Assembly: GCF_021869535.1 (NCBI RefSeq)
Contig: NW_026262690.1
Location: forward strand, 7,192,001-7,256,000
Length of the DNA: 64,000 nucleotides
Source of the DNA: Mytilus californianus
Taxonomy: Eukaryota
Reading direction: 5' to 3'
A program made the translations under genes and the position numbers. The notes under the pieces are model-generated. The model did no database searches, was not told where the DNA came from, and saw nothing but the letters and a program-made list of their open reading frames with translations. Below are positions 1 through 13,265 of this stretch, piece after piece; position 1 is the stretch's first letter, and the number at the start of each line of letters is the position of its first letter.

Positions 1-707
1 CCAAAAAGGGGCCCAAAACAAGCATTTTTCTAGTTTCAGGACAATAACTTGTGTATAAGTATTTTTATTGCTCTGAAATTGTACCACAATGTTCAATACC
101 ATAAGTAGAAGGTTGGGATTCATTTTGGGGGTAATTGCCCAAACCGTTCAGGAATTAGGGGTCAAAAAGGGGCCAAAACAAGCAATTTTCTAGTTTTCAG
201 ACAATAACTTGTGTTTTAGTGTATGGATGTCTCTTAAATTGTACCACATTTTACAAACAGAAAATTTCTTCAAATTTGATTTATTTGGGAGGGGGGAGTA
301 AACAAAAAAAAAATTTTTTTTTGGGGGGGGGGAGTCAATTTTTTACCTCAAGATTTAAGAAATTATCAATTTTCCAGAAAAAAAATTGGGGGTCACAATT
401 TATTTTGCTAATTCTTTGTATATAGTGACTATAGTCTGAAAACAGATTTACAAAGTATTGGGCAACAGCACAGTGTATTGCACAACAGCAAGAAATCTTC
501 AATTGAATATAAATTTAAATCATATAACCAATTTCAAGTTCTTTGACTACACACTGTGTCAGAAACCTAAAATGTGTCAAATATTTAATTACAATCCAAA
601 TTCAGACCTACATGTATATCAAGCTTGAATATTGTGTCCATTTTTGCCCCAATTATTCAGGGTTGGACCTCTGCGGTCGTATCCAGCTGCGCTCGGCGAA
701 GCAGTTT
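1..707 (+). mobile_element. 3' part of a Helentron-type non-autonomous element (HINE) in a GTF3A intron
   Basis: Internal duplicated blocks (ggggcccaaaacaagca...gacaataacttgtg twice). Ends in GCGGTCGTAT followed by a short hairpin (CTGC...GCAG) and TTT, the same end layout as the complete element at 14175-14872. Confidence 0.65.
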
Positions 708-745
708 ATTTTAAAGATATTTTAAAAGTTGTGTATTGTTTATAG

Positions 746-3700
746 ATGTGAGGAAGAAGGCTGTAACCAGACATTTTCATCAAAACAGGCTCTGAATAAA
801 CATATAAAAAGGAGGCATGAAAAGAAACTGTATGAGGTAATATAAACCTATTAATAAAGTTGTATTAGAAGAATGTAAGGCAAAGCAACCTAAGACAAAT
901 AAGGGTTTCAGGCATCAGACAAATCAATGTCAGAATTGATTTTATATTTTTTCCAAGTGTGTTTTATATTTTTTCTGTATTATTGTTTCTCCTGCTAAAA
1001 CACAAGCAAGAGAGAAAGATCAATATAGGGCAAAATTGGCCCTTAATCAAAAGCAGTACAACATTTCTCAGATTTGTTTTCTGAGCTTTATTAAGCATAA
1101 ATTTGAACTTTGATTTAAGATTTCCATCCTTGTTATTGTTAAACCCCCTGCTATCTGAAGTGGGCAGTTATATGATGATGGGGGTCATCAGTCCATCTGC
1201 TGTCTGAAGTTGGCATATCTTTATCCAGCTTTGTGAGCTTTCATTGTAGTACCTCTTGTTTAAAGCAAGATAAAAAAATCTAAAAAAAAGGTAGTGGAGA
1301 TCTATGGCATCAATATTGATTGATTGATTGTTGGTTGCTTAACATCTAGTGGCAAATATTTCATGCATGTTCAGAACGATTGGAATCAAAATAAAACTAG
1401 GTATGACATCATAGTAAAACAACTTCAAATTAAGTTCTACACTTTTGGTTTTCTTTTGATTGTTTCTTTTTGATTCCAGTGTACATTTAAAGGCTGTAAC
1501 AGATATTTCCACAAGCATCAACAGCTGACTATACATGAATATGAACATACAGATGTCAAACCATTCAAGTAAGTTTATCACATGAAAATTAAGATACAAG
1601 TTAGACCAGACTGAAGACTTTGGATATTTTTCAAAGTATAAGAATACAAAATGATATTTTTTTAAATTCAGTAAGGCCAGGATTTGTCATTTGTTGGTTA
1701 ATGGATTTGCAATCTGATTTGGGTCTGAAAAGTAAAAAAAATATCAACTTATAAACAAATGTGTTTTAGTTTACTGAGCATTTGAACTTACCGGTAATTA
1801 GATACACCCAATGATTTTACTATACCAACATCATAGAAAAACAACCAAAAATGACTCAATATGGTTTATTGTCATTTGTAAAAACAGCTTAATGTGTGGT
1901 GTAAGTAAGTACCTAAACCTTACCTAGTCGTTGGTATGATAATTTCATGTGTGGTATTACTAATGAATACATAGTTTAAATACCCTTCCTCCCTCTCCAC
2001 TTTTGTAGTGGTCATTATCCGAGAACCAGAAAATTAATTTTTAAATGGCTTTTCAATATGATAAAAAATTGCATTTATTCCATTTCTTTCCACAAGGAAG
2101 TTACTACTCTTTAAATTTATGGAATAATAGGTTCAGCACTTTTGGAGAACAAAGGAGTATGGACATAACAGCTTTTGTTTGGCCAATGAATGAAATATGA
2201 TAATGTCATATGAATTTATATCTAAATGCTTGAAAGATATATGACATAAATTGAGGTTGAAGTATTTTCCTTGGCAGCCATTTTGGAGGTGTAAATGTTT
2301 GATTTTCTTAGTTGACTAACCAAATTGAAGCATGTGGTTAGTCTGATATGAGATCCTGACTAGATGTTATTGATAATTTGAGCAAGAATGTAGAAATTAA
2401 AATTGTTCAGAAAATAACTTTTCCTAAAATCTAGCAGTCAGCATAACAAGTTGAATTTGTCTGTTTTTATGAATGAATTATTGCACATAGACCTCCAACA
2501 TCGTGACAAAAGGGAAATAAATGTTGCTCAAATTACTTCAATTGAAAATTATCTATTTATTGAATGATCACCTACATTTTAATGCTAAAATAAGGTACAC
2601 ATTTAATTTTTCTCATAATTAAATATCAAAAATTAAAATAGAGAAACTTTTGTTAAGACTGACATTCTGCATAAGAACATTTGAAATTTTTTTTTACTTA
2701 AAAATAATTTACATACTTTCCACAGGTGTATTTTTAAAGATTGTGAGAAAAGATTTTTGTTACCAAGTAAGCTAAAACAACACATGAAGGTTCATTCAGG
2801 TATGTACACATGTATTCTTCCACCAACAATTTTCTCACATGGGATTTACTGTCCCTGTCTTTTAAAGCAGGTATCAAAAATGTTAAGCTTCATGTTCCAT
2901 TTTCGTGTTAGGCACAAAAGGAATTGATTGGAAATTTGTTTAACAAGAAATGCAATTTAGTTTTGCTGGACATTTCACAAATAACTACAACAAACATGTT
3001 TGAGTTGCGCTTATATCTATGCAAAGTTGTCTCTTGTGGAAAAAGTTGTAAATAAATCTACAATTGAGGTTGGTTTGTAAAGTATTTTGCAAAGTATAAC
3101 ACTAACAACTTCTCTGTTAATGTTTGCAAACTAAAAAACATGTATGATATAGACTAAAGAAATATACAATGTATCCAAAATGAGGTCTGTAAATTTCTGT
3201 TTTAATGCAGTCTTTTAACTATAATTTATGTATGAAGAGTTATTGGCTTATTTTAAGGATATCAATGTAACCATGATGGATGTGAAGAAGTATTTGACAC
3301 CTGGACCCAACTTAGACAGCATAGATATCTACAGCATCCCACATGTATGTACAAATAAGTTCATAAAAATTACTCATGAGCCAGTCCTGAACCTGGCTCA
3401 GACAACAGATATCTAAAGCATCCTACATGCATGTACAAATAAGTTCATAAAATTAACTCCTGGACCCCTCCTAAACCTGACTCAGACAGCAGATATCTAC
3501 AGCATCCTACATGCATGTACAAATAAGTTCATAAAATTGACTCCTTAGCTACTTAACCTGGGTTAGACAACATAGATATCTTCAGCATCCTACCAGTATG
3601 TAAAAATAAGTTCTTGAAATTGGACTTCTTAGCTACTCATAAAACTGGGTTAGACAACATAGATATCTACAGCATCCTACATGTATGTACAAATAAGTTC

Positions 3701-6269
3701 ATAAAATTTACTCCTTAGCTTCTCCTAAACCTGGGTTAGACAACATCGATATCTACAGCATCCTATATGTATGTAAACATAAATTAATTTAGAAATGACT
3801 CCTGAGCCAGTCCTGAACCTCAGACAACAGATATCTACAGCATCCTAGATGTATGTAGAATTAAGTTCATAAGAATTGACTCCTGAACCAGTCCTGAATC
3901 TGGCTGAGAAAACAGATATCTACAGCATCCTACACAAAGTAAAAAAAAATAGTAATAAAAATTGACTCTTTAGCCACTCATGAACTTGGCTTAGACAATA
4001 GATATCTACAGGATCCTACACATATGTAAAAATAATTTAGAACAAAATTGACACCTGAGCCACTCCTGAACCTGGTGCATCTAAAGACTTGAAATTTATT
4101 ACTGACTCTTGGCACTTTTATTTTTAGTGCACATATGTACAGAATGTGACAAGACATTCACACAGAAGAATGCTTTACACCAACACCTGAAAAGTCACTG
4201 CGAAGAGAGAGAAGTGTATACTTGTCCTAGACCTAACTGTGGTAGAACTTACTTGGAACAGAGAAATTTGACGGCTCACATCAAATCTTACCATGAAGGA
4301 CACAGATTCTGTTGTGAATATGAAGGCTGTGATAGAAACTTCTCAACTAAAGTAAGCACTGATTTTAGTCCAATCTTAGTCCTAACCTGTAGGATGTCCA
4401 TTAGTTTGAAATTTATTGGTATAGGCACATTACAATTTTTCTGTGTTCAACAATTTGATAAAATGAAGAATTCCTAAAATATGATGTATCAAGAAGTACA
4501 AAAATATTGTAGCAAGGAAATAACATAAATCCAGTTTTCCCAAATCGTTTTTAACTAATTAAATGCAACTTTACATTTAATTTCTGAAATATCCTCTGTT
4601 ATACATAAAAGATATTTCATAGACAATTCTTAGAAAATTACTGAGTTTATAATATGTGTTTGGGTGTATTTGAATTTTTTGTTGTCACTCTACAAATGAA
4701 TTCAATGGAAAGTAATAAATATAAAATTGTTAATGTTTTAATTTAAACTTTTCATTAAAAAAAAGTGTTATGCTGTCAGCGTTGATAGAGGAAGCTAAAA
4801 GATGGAGAAAAAAAAACTCATTGCACTTGTCAAATTGTGAAAAATTCTAACAAATAGATGATTTCTTAAACACACCAGAATGAGATATCTATATCCTTTT
4901 TATTCAGACTGTTTTGACAAATGATTTTATTTTATATTTCAGCAAAAATGTCAGAAACATATCCTCCTACATCAAATGAAAGGCACACTTCCTAAGGTCA
5001 GTATAGAGTTGTTTGATTGGTGGTTTGAAAATAAGAAAAAGTAGGTTCTGATTTTATTTTACCTGTTAAACATATTTAATATACAAGAAATACTTCACCT
5101 GCATTGTCCATGGTTGACCTTCAGAATTTGACAACTAAACTTGCTTACAGTAAATAGAAAATGGGGTCAGGGTCAAACATTAACAGTAGTCTTTAAAGTT
5201 TACCGAACTTTTTTGTGTTTGTCATTCTGTCATATTTTGCGGTTGTGACCCAGGGAATTTAACAGCTCATGTGAGATTTGTTGATAACCTGTCCTGGTCA
5301 TCGAATAAGCAAGGAGTTCATTATTTGAACGGTCATAAGACTTTTGAGGTCCAAATAGCAAAATTTCTCTCTGAAATACATTAAAACTTGAATTCAATTT
5401 GAACTTTATCTAATGTCCCGAGATTGTTCAAATTTATTAAATCAATAGTTTGTCACTACTTTGATGTGTAGGTCACTTATCTGCTAATTATCTCTTTAGC
5501 ACGTAAAGTTGTCAAACTTCTAAGGAAATAATCAGGAGTCATAAAAATCACTGTAGGCAAAAAATGAATAATCAAAGACAAGTGCATCAGTAAATATGTT
5601 TCTAAACAATATTAATATCAAAATCCTTGAACGATCGTCATTGAAAGTCCTTTTATTGCATATTTTGTTGACAAAGATAATAAAAAAATTATTCTTTTTC
5701 AGAAAAAAAGTAGAAAAGGTGTAAAAAAGAAAACCTGTGCTGCAACAGTAACTGGAATTGATCCTAAATTAACTAAATGTGAATCAACTGAAGATCATAT
5801 TTGTTTATCAGAATCAGAGAGTGTTCATGAGGAAAAACAGAACCAGAAACAGGCTGATCATGTGACAGGAAGTGTGCAATATTTTACAGAATCTCATCTC
5901 TGTATTTCTGAGGCTGGTGTACATGAAAAACTTTTACCAGGTAGAAAGTCTGTGAATTTAAAAATCATTAAAAACAATGAAGGACTTCTACTCAATGAAA
6001 GAGGTTTCAATATGGATATTTTGAATAAACATAAGGAAGATGAACTAATTGATAAAGTTGTTGAAATTAACAATGAAAATAAAAACTGTACCAAACAGGT
6101 AGATGCAAATGCTGATAAAATTTATAATATTCCAGTAATAGCTAGTATTGATCATGCAGAATTGTTTGGAAATTCACAGATGAATTCTGGATTATGTATA
6201 GGGGACAATTGTTCCAATAACACAGATAATTCACATTATGATTTATATCACAGAAGTGTTTGTTTATGA
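746..6269 (+). CDS. GTF3A: Transcription factor IIIA, 5'-partial: C2H2 fingers 3-9 plus C-terminal tail. Exons 746-836, 1480-1568, 2726-2799, 3258-3344, 4128-4351, 4943-4996, 5703-6269
   Basis: All introns are GT-AG and phases join (0,2,1,1,0,0). Translation: CEEEGCNQTFSSKQALNKHIKRRH / CTFKGCNRYFHKHQQLTIHEYEH / CIFKDCEKRFLLPSKLKQHMKVH / CNHDGCEEVFDTWTQLRQHRYLQH / CTECDKTF..HLKSH / CPRPNCGRTY..HIKSYH / CEYEGCDRNFSTKQKCQKHILLH, then a basic KKSRK segment. HQQL, PSKL, TWTxL and CPRxxCGRTY match vertebrate TFIIIA fingers 4, 5, 6 and 8 as I recall them. AATAAA at 6283. Confidence 0.9.
3299..4075 (+). repeat. ~85-bp minisatellite, about 9 copies, made from the 3' half of the GTF3A finger-6 exon plus its donor site
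   Basis: The AGATATCT anchor recurs at about 3323, 3407, 3491, 3574, 3661, 3747, 3829, 3914 and 4000. The first unit overlaps exon 3258-3344. Confidence 0.9.
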
Positions 6270-7006
6270 ATTATTCTTAATGAATAAAATTCAAGCTTAT
6301 CTGTTTTACTGATATATTTAAAACAAACTTGCGATAAAATTCAGACCTAAATAAAAGCAAAGCACGACAATAATGCTTTAAACTAATCAATATCCCGTTG
6401 ACCTAATAAGCAAACTTTGTAGTAATGTCTTTTTATGCTCCAATGACAATAGAAGAGGGGCATTATGTTTTCTGGTCTGTGGGTGCATTATTCCAGTATA
6501 AGGTTAAGTTTTGGTTAAAAAGTTGTTTGTGGTCACATCAACATGTAACTTAGTAGATATGTAGGACTCACAGGTGCCATTGTCTTTAATGAAGTGTGAT
6601 GATCCTTTTGTTGATGTGCGATGGTCTATATGACACTGGAATATTAGTTTAAAATCTACAAATGTGCGATTATTATGAGAAGTAGATTTTTTCATTAGTT
6701 AGTATATAAATTTGCATTCATCATTGTCTATAAAACATACTGCAGATATCTACTGATCTATTGATCTTGATGTTTCGCAAAGAGAGACTTGTGACATGAA
6801 TGTAGTGTTTGAGATGGTGATCTGTGTTGGGACTATAATATCTAGCAGTTATAAATGGATCTGTTTCATAACTCTACCAAATAATATTTTCTCCATTAGC
6901 AGTAAAAATCATCTACGAGTAATTATTTTATTTCTTGTTCTCATTCAAAGCAATCGAATAGATTTGTTGTTTATTTTGTTTCATTCTGACTTATCAAGTA
7001 GTAATT

Positions 7007-7632
7007 CAGTGGTTCCCAAGGTTTTCTGATATTTACTGGAGATTTGGTTCAGTAATGATTAAGGTATTACTGGACCTGCTCATATATTACTGGACCAAAA
7101 AAAAATAAAAAAATAAAACAACTTTGGCTTATAATTTTATTCCCGGCTAAATTCAAAAATCATGCTTTTGTTTTTTTTGTTTTTTCCTCTTCAGTATCTG
7201 GTATTCTTTTTAGACTTTTTCCGGGTATAGGCCCCGCGACAAATTTTAAACCTAACATTGTATACAATATTGTTAACAAAATATTGTAATCTATGACTCA
7301 TCATTTTGTTTTCATCGATTAATGTTAAATCGGCGCTTGTTTAATTTATAAAGTAAAATAAAGCGTCACGAAGATCCTGATGATAATCCGGGTTATTACC
7401 AATAACAAGCAGTGACAAAGGAGATTGCAAGCACAATTTCGCTAGGAATTTTTATTTTTTTACTGTGAGGTCTAAAAGATTGGAAAGCGGCTGCTGACAG
7501 ATGTAGTTTTAAAATTATTTTATTCATTGAATTTATATCGGACACATGGTCCGAGATGAAACAGAAAATTACTGGACCAGACTCAAAATTACCGGACATT
7601 TGCCAATGTCAGACGGACCTTCGGAATCACTG
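7007..7632. mobile_element. 626-bp MITE with hAT-like CAGTG termini
   Basis: TIR CAGTGGTTCCCAAGGT vs reverse complement CAGTGATTCCGAAGGT (14/16). Subterminal TTACTGGAC repeats near both ends. No clean TSD. Confidence 0.7.
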
Positions 7633-9692
7633 CTTATTAAGTATTTGCATTTCAAACAACTATCACAATTTTCAGTTATTATAATTAGTACTGGTTTTAA
7701 AGGATAATATACTATGTAGAGTTTAAAGTGGTTAATTTCTAAACGATTGTATGACTGTTTGCTTATTTTTGTCTAAGCCTATTACCATGTAAACTACAGT
7801 GTTACAGGCAATGACTGTTTCAAAGTAAACGAGTTATACTTTCACTGATTTACTAAAAATATTAAAGCTAATTCTGACAAACAAATTGACCTATAAATCC
7901 ACATCTGAACACAGAAACATTGAAAATATAGGTTATGTAATCCATAGCACTTCAGCGTGCCAATCGGAGAACCATTCAGTTCAGAGGCATTGAATTATTT
8001 AATATATTTGCAAAACTAGGGTTTTGACCCAGATTTTGCAGTACACTGAACATGGAAATGTGATCGTGGGAGTTGTAAATGGTGTTCTATGGACACCTAT
8101 TCTTGTTTCAGGATATTACCATTTACAAGGCAATATAATAAGAGTTTTTTAACACAATTAAACTTTTTTTCATACTTTCACTAAAGAAGAAGTGGACCAA
8201 TCTGAATAAATTTAACTTAAAAAAACTATGGGTTGGTGTTAATAAAAAAAATGTTTTATAAAATTGTGTTTCTTTTTCGTGTCAAATTGACCATGCTGTC
8301 AATTTTGTCAATTTGGGATTTTCTCTTTCTTTAAGAACAAAAAGCATATTATTTCAACTTCTTTGTTATAAATGATTGAAAAAATACATGTCTAAGAAAT
8401 TTGAAAAGAAAAAATTGATATGGGATGTACTTATTTTTGATAAAATCATTTCTATGTACCCCTCACCCATTTTCTCAACATTTTGGCTGATGCCACTGAC
8501 CAGATTAGTTATAAAATTGGAAAATTTTACTCAAAAACTACTAGCTGTAAGTACTCATTTGTTTCACAGAGTTTAGTTTGATTTTGATATTTTTTATATT
8601 CATTAATATTTTCCACTTGAATCACATGTTTTGGAAATAATTCCTAGACGAGATTTCAACATCAGAAGAATACATCCTTAAATCTGCAAATTTTGAGACA
8701 GATTGGCAATTAATGTGTACGAATGTTTATTTGAATAAAGAAAAATAAGTGATTTATTGAATAACTAGACTGTTTTAAACAAATACAAAATATTTATTTT
8801 CGTTTGTTCAATTTTTCAACCTTAATCATTTTAAGGGGAGATAACTTAAATAGTAAAATTTGTATAAAGGAATGTTAAAGAGATTTTCATTTTTTACATG
8901 TAGCCATATTTTCTTGTTAGTTTCATAAAGCATATTATAAAACCTATCTTCTCATATTTTATTTCAAAATTCTATTTCATAGATTTCTTTTTATTCACAA
9001 AAAGTGTTTTTGTAGCTTAAAAAAAGCACGGTGACCCATACTTTTTATCATATTTTTTTTGAAAGTCAATTAGCAGCTTTCAACATTGATTTTCAAGATT
9101 TAAAATGAATCCACTAACAAAATCATTGTTCAGTGCTTTTTATACAAAAGCCATTAATCTTTATAAGGGACTTCATCTATAATGTACGCAGCTCTTGATA
9201 GTTCGCATGCAGCAAACACTCCGATAGACCAGGACTTGCATCAAACAACATTAACAGTACACATTTTGTGCATTCCTACAACTAATGTCCCTTCAGTGAT
9301 GCTTGATGCTAAGATATTTGAAAGTCTGAAACCTAATACAAATGTTGAAGCGCCAATAAAACCAAAAAGAACCAAAAGAAAAGCCAAACCACAACAAGGA
9401 ATCTGAGCTCTGCAATAGGGAGATACATAAATTAACTTAAATTATTTCGAAATTTAATATCAGCAAATTTAATTCAAACAATATTTTTATGCCAATACCA
9501 AACACTCCAATAGACCAGGACATTGTTTTTGTGTTAAACTACTATATCTTTTTTTTATTCAGAGTTCAAAAATTAAAAAGAATTAAAATTTAATTAATCA
9601 TAAGCAGTCAAAAACGCCCAAGAGGTAAAACTTCTGTCTATCCCTCTGCAGCTGCTTATTTGAAATGTGGATTTGTTTTTGTAACGATACAT

Positions 9693-11850
9693 TTAATATT
9701 CAAGGTTAGCCAATAAATCTAAACACTCAGTCTCTAAGATATAGTTCTCAATACTTAATATACCAAGTTAGCCAATAAATCTAAACACTCAGTCCAGTGC
9801 ATTCATTAATACCCGGTACCCGGTACTTTTACCCGCCTACGGAAGCGTCTGGTACCGGCAGAAAAAATAAAAATACAAAAAAAAAATGTGTAAAATTCTT
9901 TTGAAGATCGTTCAAATCTAATTTCTTTCATTCCTTGACAATCTCCGTTCTACGCCGTTCATGTGTATGTTTATAGGTGTCTTCGTCGAGGTCCGCGTTA
10001 AAGTATAGATCTATCTTCTGCCAATTTAGGCACACCTCCAAAGTAGGAGAAGTGATAATTACAAACCATGTGTCTGTATCTGTATCGTAAGAGCGCTTTA
10101 AAATGCGACGATTTAGCAGTATATTTTCAAGCGGCAAATTGTTGATGAATTTAAACAACAACAGCAATATTATGTCTAATAAAAGGAAAGCAGCTTGTAT
10201 CACAGATTATTTTATGAATAAAAGGTTTAATAAAGGTGAACATTCTATGAAATTCAGAAAAATCGTTAATCGTATCAAATCAGTTCGTTTCCCGTTGGAC
10301 GTTGTCACTGATCTCCGTTTTCACGATATGTGTTCTATGTTGTGATTGAATTTTTTAGTGTAAGACATCGTGAAACATTTTACAATCTGAACTAACATAA
10401 CTGTTACGTTTACAAAATATAACATCTGACGAGATTTAAGACTTCTAAAATTAAAAAAAAAGACAGCTAAGAAGAAGTGATTTTTTTTTTTTTTACTTAC
10501 TATAGTCAAGAATCCTATGATTAATTTGCCCCCCCCCACACCCCCCATTTCACAATCACCCCTTTTTATGAATATTAAAGTTAAGTGAAAGTTGAATACA
10601 TGTTGTTTTTTTCGGACAAGAACAACCATCACAACACTTTGTTTGTTGTTTTGCATGAGAGCATGTTTATTGTTTATTTTGTTTAATTGTTTGCATGACA
10701 CTGTTAAATTACTTACACAAACAATTGACACAGTTATGATTATAACAAAGCAATAAAAAAAAGTTACAAGTTTTATTATCAATTTTTTTTAATAATATAC
10801 TATGTAACTTATGAAATTTCATTCACAAAATTGAACAAATGCAAAACATTTAATAAAAGTATAAAAACAAACAAAACATTTAAACAACATTTCACATGAA
10901 ACCCCTGCGTTATAGGTCATACCATGGAAGTATTATATTGACAATATAATACTTCCATGGTCATACATATTTTATAACTGATTACAAAATAATTATAAGC
11001 AACGTATTTTCAGATGATTACTCTAGCATGTCTAGAAAAAAAACAATTCAATGTTAACTTACCCAAAATTGAAGCAAATATTACAGACTTTACCCTATTT
11101 TTTTAAGTAAAAAATTAAGGCTGAAATCCCTAAAATCCATGAGCTTCCGGGGGGCTTTGCCTCCCTGGTCCCCCTACCAGGGCTAGCCCTGGACCCACTG
11201 GGGGCCTTAAGCGGCCCCCAGACCCCTTGCCGTTTAAGTTTGGTTCCCCCTATAATCTCAAAGGTACCTCCAGTCTAAAAAAATAATGAAACCCCTGTCA
11301 GTCTCAAAGATATAGTTCTCATTACTTAATATTCCAGGTTCGCCAATAAATCTAAACACTCAGTCTCAAAGATATAGTTCTCATTACTTAATATTCCAGG
11401 TTAGCCAATAAATCTAAACACTCAGTCTCAAAGATATAGTTCTCATTACTTAATATTCCAGGTTCGCCAATAAATATAAACACTCAGTCTCAAAGATATA
11501 GTTCTCATTAATAAATCTAAACACTCAGTCTCAAAGATATAGTTCTCATTACTTAATATTCCAGGTTAGCCAATAAATCTAAACACTCAGTCTCAAAGAT
11601 ATAGTTCTCATTACTTAATATTCCAGGTTAGCCAATAAATATAAACACTCAGTCTCAAAGATATAGTTCTCATTAATAAATCTAAACTCTCAGTCTCAAA
11701 GATATAGTTCTCATTACTTAATATTCCAAGCTAAGGTAGCCAATAAATCTAAACACTCAGTTTCAAAGATATAGTTCTCAATACTTAATATTCCAAGTTA
11801 GCCAATAAATATAAACACTCAGTCTCAAAGTTATAGTACTCAATACTTCT
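9693..11850. repeat. 62-bp minisatellite (about 1.5 copies at 9693-9794 and about 9 copies at 11298-11850) split by a transposon insertion
   Basis: Unit cagtctcaaagatatagttctcattacttaatattccaggttagccaataaatctaaacact. Period 62 (11299 to 11361). Some units are internally deleted. Confidence 0.9.
9795..11297. mobile_element. 1.5-kb non-autonomous TIR DNA transposon (CAG termini, 6-bp TSD, hAT-like)
   Basis: Left end CAGTGCATTCATTAAT; right end reverse complement CAGGGGTTTCATTATT. TCAGTC is duplicated at 9789-9794 and 11298-11303. No intact transposase. Confidence 0.7.
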
Positions 11851-12964
11851 CGTGTCTATGTAAATAAAATGGGCACAAATGAACTAAAACATTGGGTTAT
11901 ATTTAAAGCAGTTTTAATTGACAAGTATGAATGTCATAAGTTTTGTGAATTTGTCTGCTAGTTCATGAGTTCGGTCTTTTTATTTAGTAAGAGTATAAAA
12001 ACAACATTAAATTGCAATTTAAAAAAAAATGTTATACGAATTTAATGACGATCTGACGTTGACACGCATTTTAAGCATGAAGTATCTACTGAAAAAAATG
12101 CTTATTACTCTCAAGAATTGCCGAAATGCAACTATATGCAATTGTGCTATTTCAAGGTTATTTTGGCCATCCGTGACATGAAAACTGAAAAGATTGACAT
12201 TATGCACACAATTCTTCCAATTTTTGTCGCCAGTGATTTCAACCACTTCAATATATGTGTCAAACTCACAAGTTCACCACATACACATCTTGATACAAAT
12301 GTTCTTACATTCTTAAGTATTTCAAAGATAATTTGTCAAAAATTTATAAAAAATCTGAATTTGAATATTATTACGAAGTTTAAACTATTTTTAAAAACAT
12401 ATCTGTGCAATAAACGTGCTATTTAGGGAAAATTGTTATAGTTAAAGGCAATTTTGAATGAATATTGCAAATGTTATATGCTGTTATAACTTGCACTTCG
12501 GACCTCCGATGTATGTCCAATGTACGATTTTTTTAACGATATTGTTAACATTGTAATGTCGACTATGTCATATTAAAACATATAGAAATTCACCAGAGCA
12601 ATTATCCTTGATACTTACCCATACCTACATCGTAATCCATCAAATCACCAATTTCAAATCCATATAGAATTTTCTTAAAAATTTATATGATGCTGATACA
12701 TGTACATAAATTTCTGTTTGAATAATGTTAAATAGAAATAGGGTCACCGACTACGTTTTTATGGTACAAATGTTGACCTATTTTGGAAGAATTCATCTAG
12801 TAATATTTCAGAAAATAAAACTGAGAGATAGCCTAAATGCATTATTTCTTCGATTTTCAGTTATAATTCAACGAGACAAAATTGTATGAAAAATTTTACC
12901 AACATATGTGACATAGCCTATTTACTATAACTTGACCTGAATCCATAACAATTGTAACAATACC

Positions 12965-13265
12965 TTGTCAACATCGTGTTTATATTGTATACAGAGTATA
13001 CAACCTTGTGTTTTCATCGTTCACATCGTCAACATCGTGTTTATATTGTAAACAGAGTATGCACCCTTGTGTTTACATCGTTCACATCGTCAACAATAGC
13101 GTGTCAACATCGTGTTTATATTGTTTACAGCGTATACACCTTTGTGTTTACATCGTTCACATCGTCAACATCGTGTTTATATTGTAAACAGAGTATGCAC
13201 CCTTGTGTTTAGATCGTTCACATTGTCAACAATATCGTGTCAACATCGTGTTTATATTGTATACA
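12965..13265. repeat. Tandem repeat with alternating ~60-bp and ~76-bp units
   Basis: TCAACATCGTGTTTATATTGT recurs at about 12969, 13029, 13105, 13166 and 13240. Confidence 0.85.

Noticed and set aside
4109-4477. 122-aa ORF as a stand-alone gene (similarly 5862-6269, 3228-3416 and 48452-48835)
   Set aside because: These are exons read through into introns or overlapping frames of the spliced genes described above.
9182-9406. 74-aa ORF with a basic C-terminus
   Set aside because: No domain, splice support or clear start context; possibly a mobile-element relic.
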